Source of the DNA: Tubulanus polymorphus
Lineage: Eukaryota > Animalia > Nemertea
Direction: 5' to 3'
NCBI RefSeq assembly: GCF_964204645.1
Contig: NC_134025.1
Coordinates: 28,376,299-28,440,298 of the forward strand
DNA: 64,000 nucleotides
The notes below the pieces were generated by a model, which had not been told where the DNA came from, did not search any database, and saw only the letters and a list, made by a program, of their open reading frames with translations. Of the stretch, positions 42,858-54,785 are shown piece after piece (position 1 is the first letter of the stretch; every line of letters starts with the position of its first letter). The translations under genes and the position numbers were made by a program.

Positions 42858-45800
42858 ATGGCGTCCAAAGAATCTCAAGGAAAAGATCGTCGTTCATCCC
42901 TATCTGTGAGTATAATAGTCTGATAGAGGCTCACTGCGGGCCTCTGACAATCAGGCGCCAGTTGCTCACAAGTTGGTTACAGTTAACCAGTGGATAGCTG
43001 AAATGGTGACAATTCGAAAAAAGTTCATTTTTACTATGGTATCTATCCGCTGATTGATCTTTAATGGCCGCCGCTGTCATCCCCTCAGAATATCCCTAAA
43101 TATAATTGCCATTCTTACAAAAACTGATCATGCAGACTTCTCCAGTCTAGATCAAGAATTCTATTTGAAAATTAAATCATTTTGTTACCTGACCCAAAAT
43201 GCGTGGAAATTGCACCATGCATCGTGCTAAAAAGATTAATTTATTAAAACAATAAAGAGAGGGCAACCATCACTGATCGCTCTCAACTGACGATGGTGAT
43301 GATGATGAAAATGAAAATAAATTCTCCTTCATTCTTTGCAGATCCTAAAAACCCGTGAAGCACTTGGGGATATTGATGCAAATGTTTTGCCACCAAAGGT
43401 AATATATACATGCACATTTAGAAAATTGTAATTATCTCATTGAGAAAGTCTACAGAAAGTTGAGGATTTATTTTCTTATCAATTCTATTTCTCAGGTCGA
43501 TGTTCAAGTGGAGGATGATGGAAAAAAGAGAAAATCAAGAAGAGTCAGTTTTGCAGAGACGTATCAAGTGAAGTAAGACCCTCGTCAAGTAACCTCTGTA
43601 AAAAAAAAAAACGCTTGTATAACTGATATTTCAAACATGCAGATATTTATTTTGCACAGAGAGTTTCTTAAAGATTCGCAATGGGCCACATCTCAAGAAG
43701 TTGAAAATAATCTGCCACCAAATTATGATATTCCCGGTGAGTGATATTCATCAGCGTATTCTTCACACATTAATCTTTTTTATGTACAGACATTTCAATT
43801 TGCGATTTGTGAGCAGTGGTGTATGCCCTGACCACAGGTTTCAACTAACTGAGCAATAATTATAAAATCAAACGAGTTCCTGCATGATGCAATAATTGCT
43901 GTCATGTGAAGAAATGTTGAAAAAAAGTGTTGCATCAGTTATGGTAGAATCATCAGTTTCAAGAACATTTTCTTTAACAGGTTTGGAAAATTTGCTGAAT
44001 GGGCCATTGGCCTCCTGTCACCAGGAAAACATAGTTACCGAGGTCAGAGTTTGAATATTTATTGATCGTCATTTCACTGGGAGCAATAGGAAAATTCTTT
44101 CTTTTTTTTCTTTTCAGGATAAACAACAGTTGACTATACCATCAAGCAGTGATGCTAATTCTTTTTTGGCGAAATTCCTCAACCAAAGGTGTGTATCGGT
44201 ATTTCAGAAATTCAATTAAACCGCAGTAAAATCCTTCATGAAGTCGCATGAAGTCAGTGGAACTGGATCCGGGGTCCTGTTCTTGAAAGAATTTCAGCTT
44301 GAAAACGTAATAGGTATTGGTAATATAGAAATTCAATAAGAACTTTTCATGAAACTGAGACTAGTTGGGTTTGAACTAATCCCACACCGAAATATTTTTT
44401 AGTTAGAATGTAGTTCAATGTTTTCCTAAATTCAATGGTAATGTTGTTGTATGATTGCAGGTGCAGTGACAGTGTTCAGCCAGTTAGCACAGAATCACCA
44501 GATAAAACTTGTATATTCAATAACGAGTATATGGACTTCACATTCTGCGATGAACCGACGCTCAGCAAACGTCAGAGTTCTTCTTCCTCGTTTCGGCAAC
44601 CGCTCGCGGATAGAACGTGCACCTTCGAAAACGAAGCGGCTGAAATGGATCTAACGCTCTGCGACCAAACGTTGAACACGGGTCCGAATCTAGCCGACTC
44701 TAAAGCCTTCCTTGCGAAATTCATCGGTTCAACAACGACTACAAATGCGACTGAAGAAATCGTTTCGCGTTTAGACCATACAACTGAACTATCGGTGATT
44801 ACACGTCAACTAACGCATCAACAAGCCGTTATATATCCTAGCGATACTCGACAATTTCTGGAAAGTTCAGCGAATAGGAGACCGGAAAATGTGGATGTTT
44901 TCAATTTCAAACCGGTCATTATGAAGACCGATGTCGAAGGCGACGCTCGCAAGTTTTTGGATCGATGCGGAGGAGAATCATCTGAAGTTCAGGCTTGTTC
45001 TACCGGAAATCAAAGTATCGTTCGACCCTACACATTTCAGAACATGGACGACGTTTCGATGGAATTGACGTGCGTCACTCAGGTTATTCCAGAACCCGAA
45101 GCCATAAGTCACGAATATGCAAATGTCGCGTCGTCGGCGTACAACCCGTCGTATCTCGCTGATGGGCAAATCGATAGGTTCGTCGAGAAAACTTCAATTC
45201 CGAGCTGTTTGAAATCTGAACCGATTAATGATTCTATCGATTTTGGCTGCGTGAATCCGAATGATATTCTCGATGTACAAACGCCGGAAACTGCGCAGGG
45301 GTTCGACGTCAGTCAGATGCGTAGAACAGACGTAGTTTCTCATTTAAGACCGACTGATGCATTCTTATCCAATAATGAATGTAAAATGGATGTAACTTCC
45401 GCTGATCCAAGAGAATCAGTGAAAACTATTGGTGGTGAAAAAACGGAAATTTTTACCGATGAAGAAACATCTCAAATGGAACTAACTTGCCTGGATTCTG
45501 GTGTTTTGAAAAATAGATCTATTGCTGGTGAAAAAACAAAGATTTTTGCTGATGAAGGAATGGATTTTACTCGTACAGATTCTGGAGTAAGGAACAAATC
45601 AATCGCTGGTGAAAAGACAAAGATTTTTGCTGATGAAGGAATGGATTTTACTCGTATAGATTCTGGAGTAAGAAACAAATCAATCTCTGGTGAAAAAACC
45701 GAGATTTTTACTGATGAAGGAATGGATTTTACTCGCACAGATTCTGGAGTAAGAAAGAAATCAATCCCTGGCGAAAAAACAGAAATTTTTACTGATGAAG

Positions 45801-48800
45801 GAATGAATTTTACTTGCGCAGATTCGGGAGTGTTAAGAAACAAATCTGTTCTTGGTGAAAAAACAGAGATTTTTACTGATGCAGGAATGGATTTTACTCG
45901 CACAGATTCTGGAGTATTTAGAAATAAATCTATCCCTGGCGAAAAAACAAATGTTTTTATTGATGACGATACATGTAAAATGAATCTGACTTGTACTGGA
46001 AAAACTATAAATTTGGATTCAGAAACATCATTATCTGCCGGTAATTTGCCTTCGAAAGATAAACGCGCTTCTCTATTAAATAGTTTACACGAAATGACGA
46101 GAAGTTTTTCTCAGAAAAAGTCTGATGTAACCTCAACATTTGAAGCTAAGAGTACTGTACCAGAAATATTTAAAGAAAGAACATTACCGACATTCTCTTT
46201 CAAACAAAGAAATGACAACAACACATCAGTTCAGACCAATACTACTGTCGAATCTGGTATTATGATTGAGAAACTCCGCAATGAAGAAGATAAAGCTGCA
46301 AATAAATCAACTGCACTGAAACAATCATCAATCGCTGTGACAAAACGAAAGCATGTGAAAGAGCCAAATAAAGTTGATCAAACAAATGAGGGCTTGAAGA
46401 AGCTAACGTTGCTCGATTCACCAACTCATTCTCCGTGTTCAAAGAAAGTAAAAACGCTTGATGATACTCGACTGACGATGACATTGGGTGAAATTCGCAT
46501 TCCTCTGTTGGCTCGTAAATCTCTTCTGTTAAATCGTACGTTTTCGCCGGATAACAACGGCTGTGAAGGAGACACTGATAATGCGGCTACAACCGCTGGT
46601 CCAGATAGTGAACTAGTTGAAAATTCTGAAAAACAGTCAGACACCACAACAGTGTATAACACTTCCCGGGATAATCAGGATACAACTCGCTGTCTAAAAG
46701 AAGCCGGTATAAGGTATTTAGATGCTAGTGTTGTTACAGCTAGCGATAATAATTCTCCAGACTCTGCGCACGTTAAAGATGCCGATCATTTACCAGAAGA
46801 GAACAGCGAAAAAGAGTCGAACATACAGGTAGAAAACAAATTGAATCGTACGTTTGATGTCGATGCAGAAGAAGCTTTTACTCGATCTCGAATTTCCTCC
46901 GATGAAAATGATGGTTTCGAGAATGTCGTTCAGTGTGGGGAAATTAATTCGATAAGTTCACAGGTAAATATGTATTTTATCTGAATGAATGATAGCGTAA
47001 TAATTTCAAGAAATTCTTGTTAATTCGTGTAATACTTTGCGCATTCAGGCTATGGATATTAACAAACCTGAGGCTGTTGAAACTTCTACATCGACGTTAA
47101 CTGATACCAAAGAACCGCTGGAAAAAGAATCTGTACAACAAGACATTTGTAAAACTTCAAATACGTGTAAGTATTTAGTTCTGTCAAATCATTAAAAAAC
47201 TGAAACTAATTTCTGAAACTAAAACATGTTTTATTCCTTGTTATAGCGGCAACAGTTACAAACAGTGGTCCGATCCATTCTGACAGTCGCGGTATTTTAT
47301 CAGAAGTGATGCCACGGATGTGCGATGACGAGAGTATGTTTGAAAGATCTGCTGCTGTATCCGTTGAATCGGTTCCTGTTATTGAACGGTCGGAGGTACT
47401 CTTAATCGAACAGCCTGAACCGGACCCTTACCACGGAGAAACTACGAATAACGCGAATAGAACATCAAGAGATGAAAATGAAGAGCTTCTCGTATCTATA
47501 GAACAGTCTAGATCGGATAAACGTCTATCGGTATTAGATATTACTGCTGACAAAATTCAGTCAACTTCAAACACGATGAAAGATGTTTTAACTGTAAAGG
47601 TTGGTGTTTGGAAAAAAAGATATCCTGTAAGTGAGTGTTACGATTCGAGAATATATGTGTCATTGATTTTATATCATTTTAGGTATCGAGTGAAATCATG
47701 GAGACAGATCTAGATCAGCCCGCTGATGTCTCGAACCAGATCGATGATAAAGCTACTATAAGTCGCCTTCTTGATAACGACATCGAATATTATAAACAAT
47801 TAATAATTCAAATTGAAGGACAGAAGAAAGGTACGCATTTTCAAATTTTGACTTTCTTTCTAAGAAAAAAAAAGCTTGATTTCAATATGGAACGAATCGT
47901 TATTTCAGAGAATTCGAGAATCGAAGAAATGATCGATTCTGCAGTCGTCGATTCATTGAGCGAAATTGAAATTGAGAAAAATATGAGTGAAATTTTACTA
48001 TCGACAGAAGAAATAAAATATGAGCGAGAAGAGGAAACAGGAGCGACTGAAATACTGGACGAGACTGAATTACTTGAAGGGTAAATATTCGAAAATGATT
48101 GACCGTAATTAGGCACACTTCAAATATTATGTGCATTGTGTAGTAAATATGACATTAAGCTAACCTTTGGCCAAGTGTACTGGCTCTATGGTATGATGGT
48201 GTTTTTCAGGATATTCGACTGTGAATTAGTGTCGCGCGACGATCAACGGAAAGTTTATAGATTCGGATTTTTAGATGGTTCTATAGAACTGGTCGTGACG
48301 TTTGACGAACAACTAGTCACCACTGATGTTGATTTTTTCGGATGTTTATCAGGTAAAAATAATGGTTAATCCTGGCTATCTTTACTTTTCGAATACAGAC
48401 ATCTGAGCAGTCAATAATTCGTTTTGAGTTGAACAGGATCGCAGTTGTTGAATTATGTATGATTATTGTTTCAGATGATGCTCGACCATCGGCTCATTTT
48501 ATTCACTATCTGTTTGCCGTAGCTGTGGATGATATACATCATTCTAAATATCCGACCAAATCGCATTTAAAACAGGTAACTGATCACTTCTAATACGGTT
48601 AACTCTGCTCTAAACAGAGTTGATTTCCTTTAGATAATCGCTTACCCTGGCGAAATGTGTAAAATTTCTTTCTCCAATCCATGTGATGAAGGTCCATCCC
48701 TGCTTCGACTGCTGCCCTGGAATTCACTTCCCTCGGAGATAATTGATCAGTCCCATGAGATCCGAGGCGAGCAGAGTCCACTCTTCAAGTGTATTGTAAA

Positions 48801-49377
48801 GATATTAATTGGATTCTCTGAATTTTCTGTATCACTAATTTATTGCAGCTTCTTCAAGATGTATCGTATGTATCGTCGAATGCTATTAGTTTAGCTGATG
48901 AACTCGAGATGTTATCAATGTTACACGATGTTCGATATTTAGATAAGAAACGGTAATTCTTTAACACACGGTGAAACACGTCTAGTTAATAGAATTATTC
49001 CTCTCATATTTCATGTCATCTTAACTTCATGTATGATTTGATTGACAGGTGTCTGATTCATTTCATCAAACTGAAGCCAATCAGCGAGTTCTCGATAGAA
49101 TTTAGATGTCAGTTGAAGGATTATTCGATGAAACCATTAGATATGAGTTATACTCATATTCGAGCTAATGATATGTAAGTATTTATGTTGTGCGTCGATT
49201 ACAAACTTACCGGTATCTAAAAAAAGTAGTTGGAATACAAGAATTTAAATGATTTTGATATTTCTCCTTTGTAGGAAGGAATCTGTAATGAAAGCTGTAC
49301 AAGGCGTCTGTACCGCTCATGAGTTAGCTCGCCAGGTTGATTTCGTTTTCAAACAGCAAAAGATGAAGAGTTTATGA
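42858..49377 (+). CDS. KNL1: Kinetochore scaffold KNL1 (CASC5/Spc105)
   Basis: Exons 42858-42905 and 43342-43398 join to give RRSSLS|ILK; 43496-43572 encodes KRKSRRVSFAE; GLENLLNGPL (43981-44043). Large exon 44461-46963 has about 11 TxxF...M(D/E/N)(L/F/V)T MELT repeats. Small 3' exons (~48210-49377) have an RWD-like beta/alpha pattern, ending at TGA 49375-49377. Confidence 0.92.
45434..45995 (+). repeat. Coding tandem repeat, 81-84-nt MELT units x7, in KNL1
   Basis: GEKT unit starts at 45434, 45527, 45608, 45689, 45770, 45854 and 45938. Consensus GEKT(K/E)IF(A/T)DEGMDFTRTDSGVRNKSI. Confidence 0.95.
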
Positions 49378-51378
49378 TCTGAGTGGCTACTTCTGGATTT
49401 ATCAGTGCAATAAAGAACATTCCTATTTAATCATGTTGCTGCGTGTGAATATATCACTTACAAACTGGATGTATATATACATTGAGTACGTGAATTAATA
49501 TCTAATTGTTTCATAGATTCTGTAAATATTGTAAATACATATAATATAGCTTAAAAGAAAATGAAAATACCCTGGTATGTACAAAATAAAAATAAGTACT
49601 ATGGACTGTTTTTGTGCATAATTTCTGTATTAGATACTAAATGCTTGGTGAATTTAAAACAACTGTATATATGGCGGGAGGGGGTTATCCTCTTTTCTGC
49701 CTTAGTTCTTAGTTTGTTGATTATTCGCGCTTTGAAATATGAAATGAAAATATAATTTACATGTATATCTTTAAGAAAACTGTGCTTCGAAATATGAAAT
49801 AAAGCGCATGGAATATTTAGATAGATATTTTTGTGTCATCCTATATGGTTGTTCCTCGTCAGTTACAAAATGGCAACACTCGGATAGAACACAGCGAGGA
49901 TTTGTAGATGGAATCCCTGCTTTCCTATCTAATGCTAACGTGTAGAAGCGTGCGCAAAACAGTTGAGTCGAAGGCATTTTGAATTGTTCACACATATTGG
50001 ACAATTATTTATTTACAATCAATTGTATATCACAGCAGCAAGAATTATATGTACAGATCCCTGTATTTATAGCATAGATTCAGGGATGTGTCGAGAGTAT
50101 GAATATTTCAAAACCAAAGCCAAGAGTTTGTCAAACCGAGTCAACAGGTGCAAAGAACACTTTATTGAGGCAGCGCATCCCTTCTACTCATTAAAGAGCT
50201 TTGATATCTCGATGTTGGATGATGAAACTTCGGTCTCAATAATTTACTCCTGCTCGGTAAACGGTACTTGCTGTCAACCCTGCTTCTATCTTCCACGTTG
50301 TATTTCATTTGTTCACGTTTTTCAAGATACAAATTTTCATCGTGCTCGTAATGCGGGACTCCGCCCAACTCTGCATTCTGGAAACAAAAATCATGTGATG
50401 GCATTTCATTTTTTGCGTTGAAATATGTGACACAATTTTGAAACCTGTTGAGACAATCTGTACCTTTATAATGAGATTTCTATTTGGCATATCAGTTTTC
50501 CATTCCATCACGCACAAACGAGGAATAATTGGATGAAGTTGAGAATGTTCCGGATTCCTAGAGTTTTATATAAATGAATAAAAACATCTTTTATTACAAA
50601 TAAGGTTTTTGGCATTTTTCTTGTATTGTGATGTGATACTTTGCATTAGTGAGAATTTGAAAATAAGTCCATGAATATGAATTTTGGCTACAAAAGAAAA
50701 GAAGCATACATCATGCGAATATTTGGATTATAATTGGGACATATTACTGAACCCTTGATCGATATGTATCTACTGAAGCCTAATGAATTTGTTTACACGT
50801 TGCTATGCAACAGTAATCCAGTACTCAAAATCCCAGTAAATGGAATAATAACTGATTTACGTATTTACCAAATGGAAAATTCTATCATAAAACTCCTACC
50901 TTACAACGCTGCATTGTTTATTTATCTTCATGGCATCTAAATGGTCTATAAACGGATCTGCTGATGGTGAATCCATGTTTACTGTTATTCAGTTCAACTG
51001 TGCGTTCTACTGTCTCTTATGTACTGTTATTTATATTTCAATGCCCTCTCGTGGTGGACAAAATGTTCTCGATTGTGCGCGCAATTTGAAATGAATACAA
51101 ATCTTCCAACTCATCGAAAAGAATATTGATAAATGGTAGCATATACAGCTGGCATATAGACATCTATAATTACGTCAAACATGCGTCAAATCCGATGATA
51201 AAACGTCACATTCGCAGCTGATAGAGGCAAAAAGTTCATTCCATTTTTTCCGATAATTCTGATAGAATATAAATTAAAACTGATTATGGGGGGATTTTTA
51301 CGGAAGGGAATTTTGCCAAGTCATTCCTATTGATGTCTACTGTGGTTTTGATAAGGGTCACATGCATTATTTCATATG

Positions 51379-51572
51379 TGACCTCGATTATAAAAAACCG
51401 CAAAACAATCGAAGAGCAAAAACGAAAACTTTCGGTTTTGTGCCATTTTCGTATTGCTACCGCGCGAATACAAGATATTGTATAGAACAAAAACGAAATT
51501 TAATTCGTTTTCTAGCGCAAAAACAAAGTTTGCTCTAACGTCTCGTTTTTCGTCTTTTTATAATCGAGGTCA
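51379..51572. mobile_element. MITE-like element with TGACCTCGATTATAAAAA terminal inverted repeats
   Basis: 18-bp perfect TIRs plus further imperfect internal symmetry. ATG is directly repeated on both flanks (51376-51378, 51573-51575), a possible 3-bp TSD. Confidence 0.75.
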
Positions 51573-52182
51573 ATGAAAAATACGGCCCTTTTCGGCCATC
51601 ATGTTATTAAACTTGAGGAGCATTTTTTATCTCGAGGGATTTTTCCTGTAGTTGCCAAATCTTATCCACTGGTACTAATCGCCCGTATAAGAGCATTCAA
51701 AGCGGCTTATGAAAGTACTCTTTGCCATTTTCTCATACATTGCGCCATTTCAACAACCTGAAGATCTTACAGCAGATTAGATAAACGATTTAATGAAACC
51801 AACTCAATCGGCTGACAAGAGCGGCACTTGTAGAACAGCGTGTGGGCTCATACACCAGTTTAATTAAGAAAAAGAACAAACATTTCAAATAATTTTCTTT
51901 TTATTAATAAGACAATTCCTAGAACGACTATTAATAGTGTACAATGATTTACAATAATTTACCGTAATAAGTACCGTAAAGTTCATAGTTCGGTGCATAA
52001 TGACGCTAATCTTAAGTCTATTGTGCTGTTGAGAGGCAATTCAATAAAAGAATTAATTTCCATTCGCATGTCTGGTTCATAGGGGGCACATACTAAAATG
52101 ATCGATAGAAATTAATTTTCTTTCTGTGGTTCGCTTTTCTTCTGATATAATTATAACGTTTATTTGTGTTTTCCTGATTTGG

Positions 52183-53430
52183 CTAATTATCGACTTCTTC
52201 CAAAGCCAATCGTTTGGCGATTTCCAGTTGAGTTGTAGTTAATGAATTCGCCCATCTCTCAACATCCTGGCGACTCTTTTCCATCTTACTTATACTATCT
52301 ACTGATATCGTTTTCAATGTACTGCGACGACGCATTAAACCAACGCTGAAATTATCGGATGACGAATTCTTCCCGGCGGCACTGAAATGGCGGGAACATA
52401 TCTCATTCGCAGCTCTACAGACGACACTTTCTCTGTCGATCCATTCAACGCGTTGCCGATAGATTTCTCCCATTTTCATGAGACTTTTTAAAGCTGGTAT
52501 TGTAGAATTTCTGAACTTTATAGATTCATGCCTGCTTTCGTATTCTTCCGGGTTTTCTTTCACATGAGACAGATACTCAATCAACAGAGTCGGATCAATC
52601 TTTCCACATCTCCTCGAGAAAACTTGATCAGTTTTCTTTTTGGGATCTTTCGGCGGAGTTTCATTCGTCACGGTGTGAATCTGGTTCACAGGAGCGTCTA
52701 TATCAGGTGGTTTAACCGTATCTGATCCCTCTTCCTCGCAGATCGACCCGGTTCCACTTGTGATATTGTTTTCTGTTGAATTCACATCTATCTTACCATC
52801 TTCGTTCTCGCAATCTCTAATGCTATTTCCCGATTCAACCTCACTCTTATTATCTGAATGCTCCCCGGCAGAGTTATCAGTTTGAGACATCTCTTCCAAA
52901 GACGACTTAACCGCAAAAGAATTCTTTATTTTGTGACTTGTCGACGAATGATTTGGTTGGTATCTGATCACAGGGACTGACTTAGAGCGAAAACGAGTAT
53001 GAATTCGAGGTCGCGAAATTTGACCCAACCTGTTGTCGAACTTGTCACCTTCCGAGCCATTGGAAACTGGAACAACGGGGTGCATTTTGGAAGTTTTCCG
53101 CTGCAAATTCGCTTTGAAATTTGCCGTTATTTTCGCGTATTCGTCTTCACTTCTGTGAATAACGACGGTCGCGTGACTTTGTCTTCTACGATCTATGCCG
53201 TTGTTGATGACACTGCCTTCGTTGCCCCGTCCTGATAAAACTGTATTTGGAGATCCAGGCAATCGACAATACCATCCTAAATCTTGCATGTTCAAACCTT
53301 CTGTTTTCATGATTTGATTTAAACGCTTTATTTGCCATTGTTGACAAGTTTTACAACACGTCCGCAATTTATAATACTGATCATCCGCATCCAATATCAC
53401 TGTATTTGGTCGCGTTGGCCTCGACGACAT
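52183..53430 (-). CDS. Uncharacterised 415-aa protein, single coding exon
   Basis: 1248-nt ORF in AT-rich DNA. Acceptor tttcgtag lies 2 nt before the ATG and an upstream donor gtgagtaa is at 53588 (5' UTR intron). AATAAA on - at 51900-51905. No family recognised. Confidence 0.7.
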   Translation of the reverse strand: MSSRPTRPNTVILDADDQYYKLRTCCKTCQQWQIKRLNQIMKTEGLNMQDLGWYCRLPGSPNTVLSGRGNEGSVINNGIDRRRQSHATVVIHRSEDEYAKITANFKANLQRKTSKMHPVVPVSNGSEGDKFDNRLGQISRPRIHTRFRSKSVPVIRYQPNHSSTSHKIKNSFAVKSSLEEMSQTDNSAGEHSDNKSEVESGNSIRDCENEDGKIDVNSTENNITSGTGSICEEEGSDTVKPPDIDAPVNQIHTVTNETPPKDPKKKTDQVFSRRCGKIDPTLLIEYLSHVKENPEEYESRHESIKFRNSTIPALKSLMKMGEIYRQRVEWIDRESVVCRAANEICSRHFSAAGKNSSSDNFSVGLMRRRSTLKTISVDSISKMEKSRQDVERWANSLTTTQLEIAKRLALEEVDN

Positions 53431-54660
53431 TTCTACGAAAGTTCAGATTAAAGTCAATGTTTGTTTTTTTTTAACTCTCGAATGATGCTGAACGGTCGCG
53501 ACGGTTTTGTCCCAATTAAGCTTCCGTATACGAATGATATTGATCAAAAGCAATCGACTTTTTTTGGAAGATGATACACTTTACTCACTTTGGTTCCAAG
53601 ATTCGTAGCCTTATGGTAAACAGAAAGTCCGGTGTAAATTATAGAATTTTCTCCTTTATTTGCACTAAAAGCATATCAGACGTAAGATAATTGGAGCTTT
53701 CACTTGCACTGTAGTCTGCAGACAAAGTAACAATGATCGAATGAAAATTTAATATATACCGAGGCTTCGAGTATAATTGAATTGTGATTGGGTATTTTAT
53801 GGTCCCATGGTTTCTCGAAGACGAATCTTCTATAAAAGGATCCATTTACGCTTTACAATTGAAAGGATTGATTAAAGAAACGACACCTGAGGTGTTAATG
53901 CGAGGATTTATGTACTGATATATCTATTAACTACAAAATAAGTGACACTACCACGATTTAATTGTTAAAAGTACAACAGCCAGTTGATCTCATGCTGTAA
54001 AATCAGAAGAAGAGGAAACATGATTTCAATCACGTTTTTAACTGAGGACTGCGGCTACATGCAATGTTTATTTTCCCAGAGTATAACATATTATGCCTGA
54101 ATTTAGAGAATCCCAGAGCAAATAATGCGTACGTGATTTAATCACGTGCACGATTATTTTCGAATTAAAATGTCAATAAAGCTGGAAGTGGGCGCTTCGT
54201 GATACCAATAGACCCAATAGACCCGACCAGCCTAATTTCCTGTCGCAAACCGGAGATCAAATAGGTTCCTATACATAATTTTTTTTTATTGGCAGTAAAA
54301 CACATGAAAGCTCTCTTTGATCATAGGTTAAGGGGCATGTTGTTGGTGTCGGTTGGCAATTTATTTTGTGTCTTTTCTAGATGGTATGTAAAATGGATTG
54401 CCCACGGGCCGCGCCCGCGGGCCGAACAACTGGTTGGGTGACGGATCATAGCATTATCGTAATTGATGGAAAAAAGATCTAGAACGTTAGCCTACGATAA
54501 TATGTGAATCTAGAGCGCATTAATATGTCTCAGTACGGCAGAGCCCAACACGTAGCGTGTTGGAACGTTGTATGCTCGTAGGTTGGAATCGCCCTAGGAA
54601 AAGCACCACCGGCATAAACTTCAGTAAGTTGAGGGAAGCGAGTCTTCACAGCGCGCACCT

Positions 54661-54712
54661 GTCACCAAGGAGTCGATAAACAATATGGCCGTCAGAGACC
54701 AGGAAGTAAACT
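54661..54712 (+). promoter_or_regulatory. Candidate RFX X-box plus forkhead (FOXJ1-type) sites upstream of the DUF4200 gene
   Basis: GTCACCAAGGAGTC (54661-54674) resembles an X-box. TAAACAA (54677-54683) and GTAAAC (~54706) lie about 100 nt before the ATG of a cilia-associated family gene. Confidence 0.35.
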
Positions 54713-54785
54713 GTAACAGTGCTAAATATAGGTGCTGTAATTAATCAAATTTCATATTGATATGTAATACATAAAAACCAAGAAA

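Noticed and set aside
45472-45903. 143-aa minus-strand repetitive ORF
   Set aside because: Antisense shadow of the KNL1 MELT repeat.
49963-50421. 152-aa Cys-containing + strand ORF
   Set aside because: Non-ATG start and no splice or polyA support; the minus strand has the better signals.
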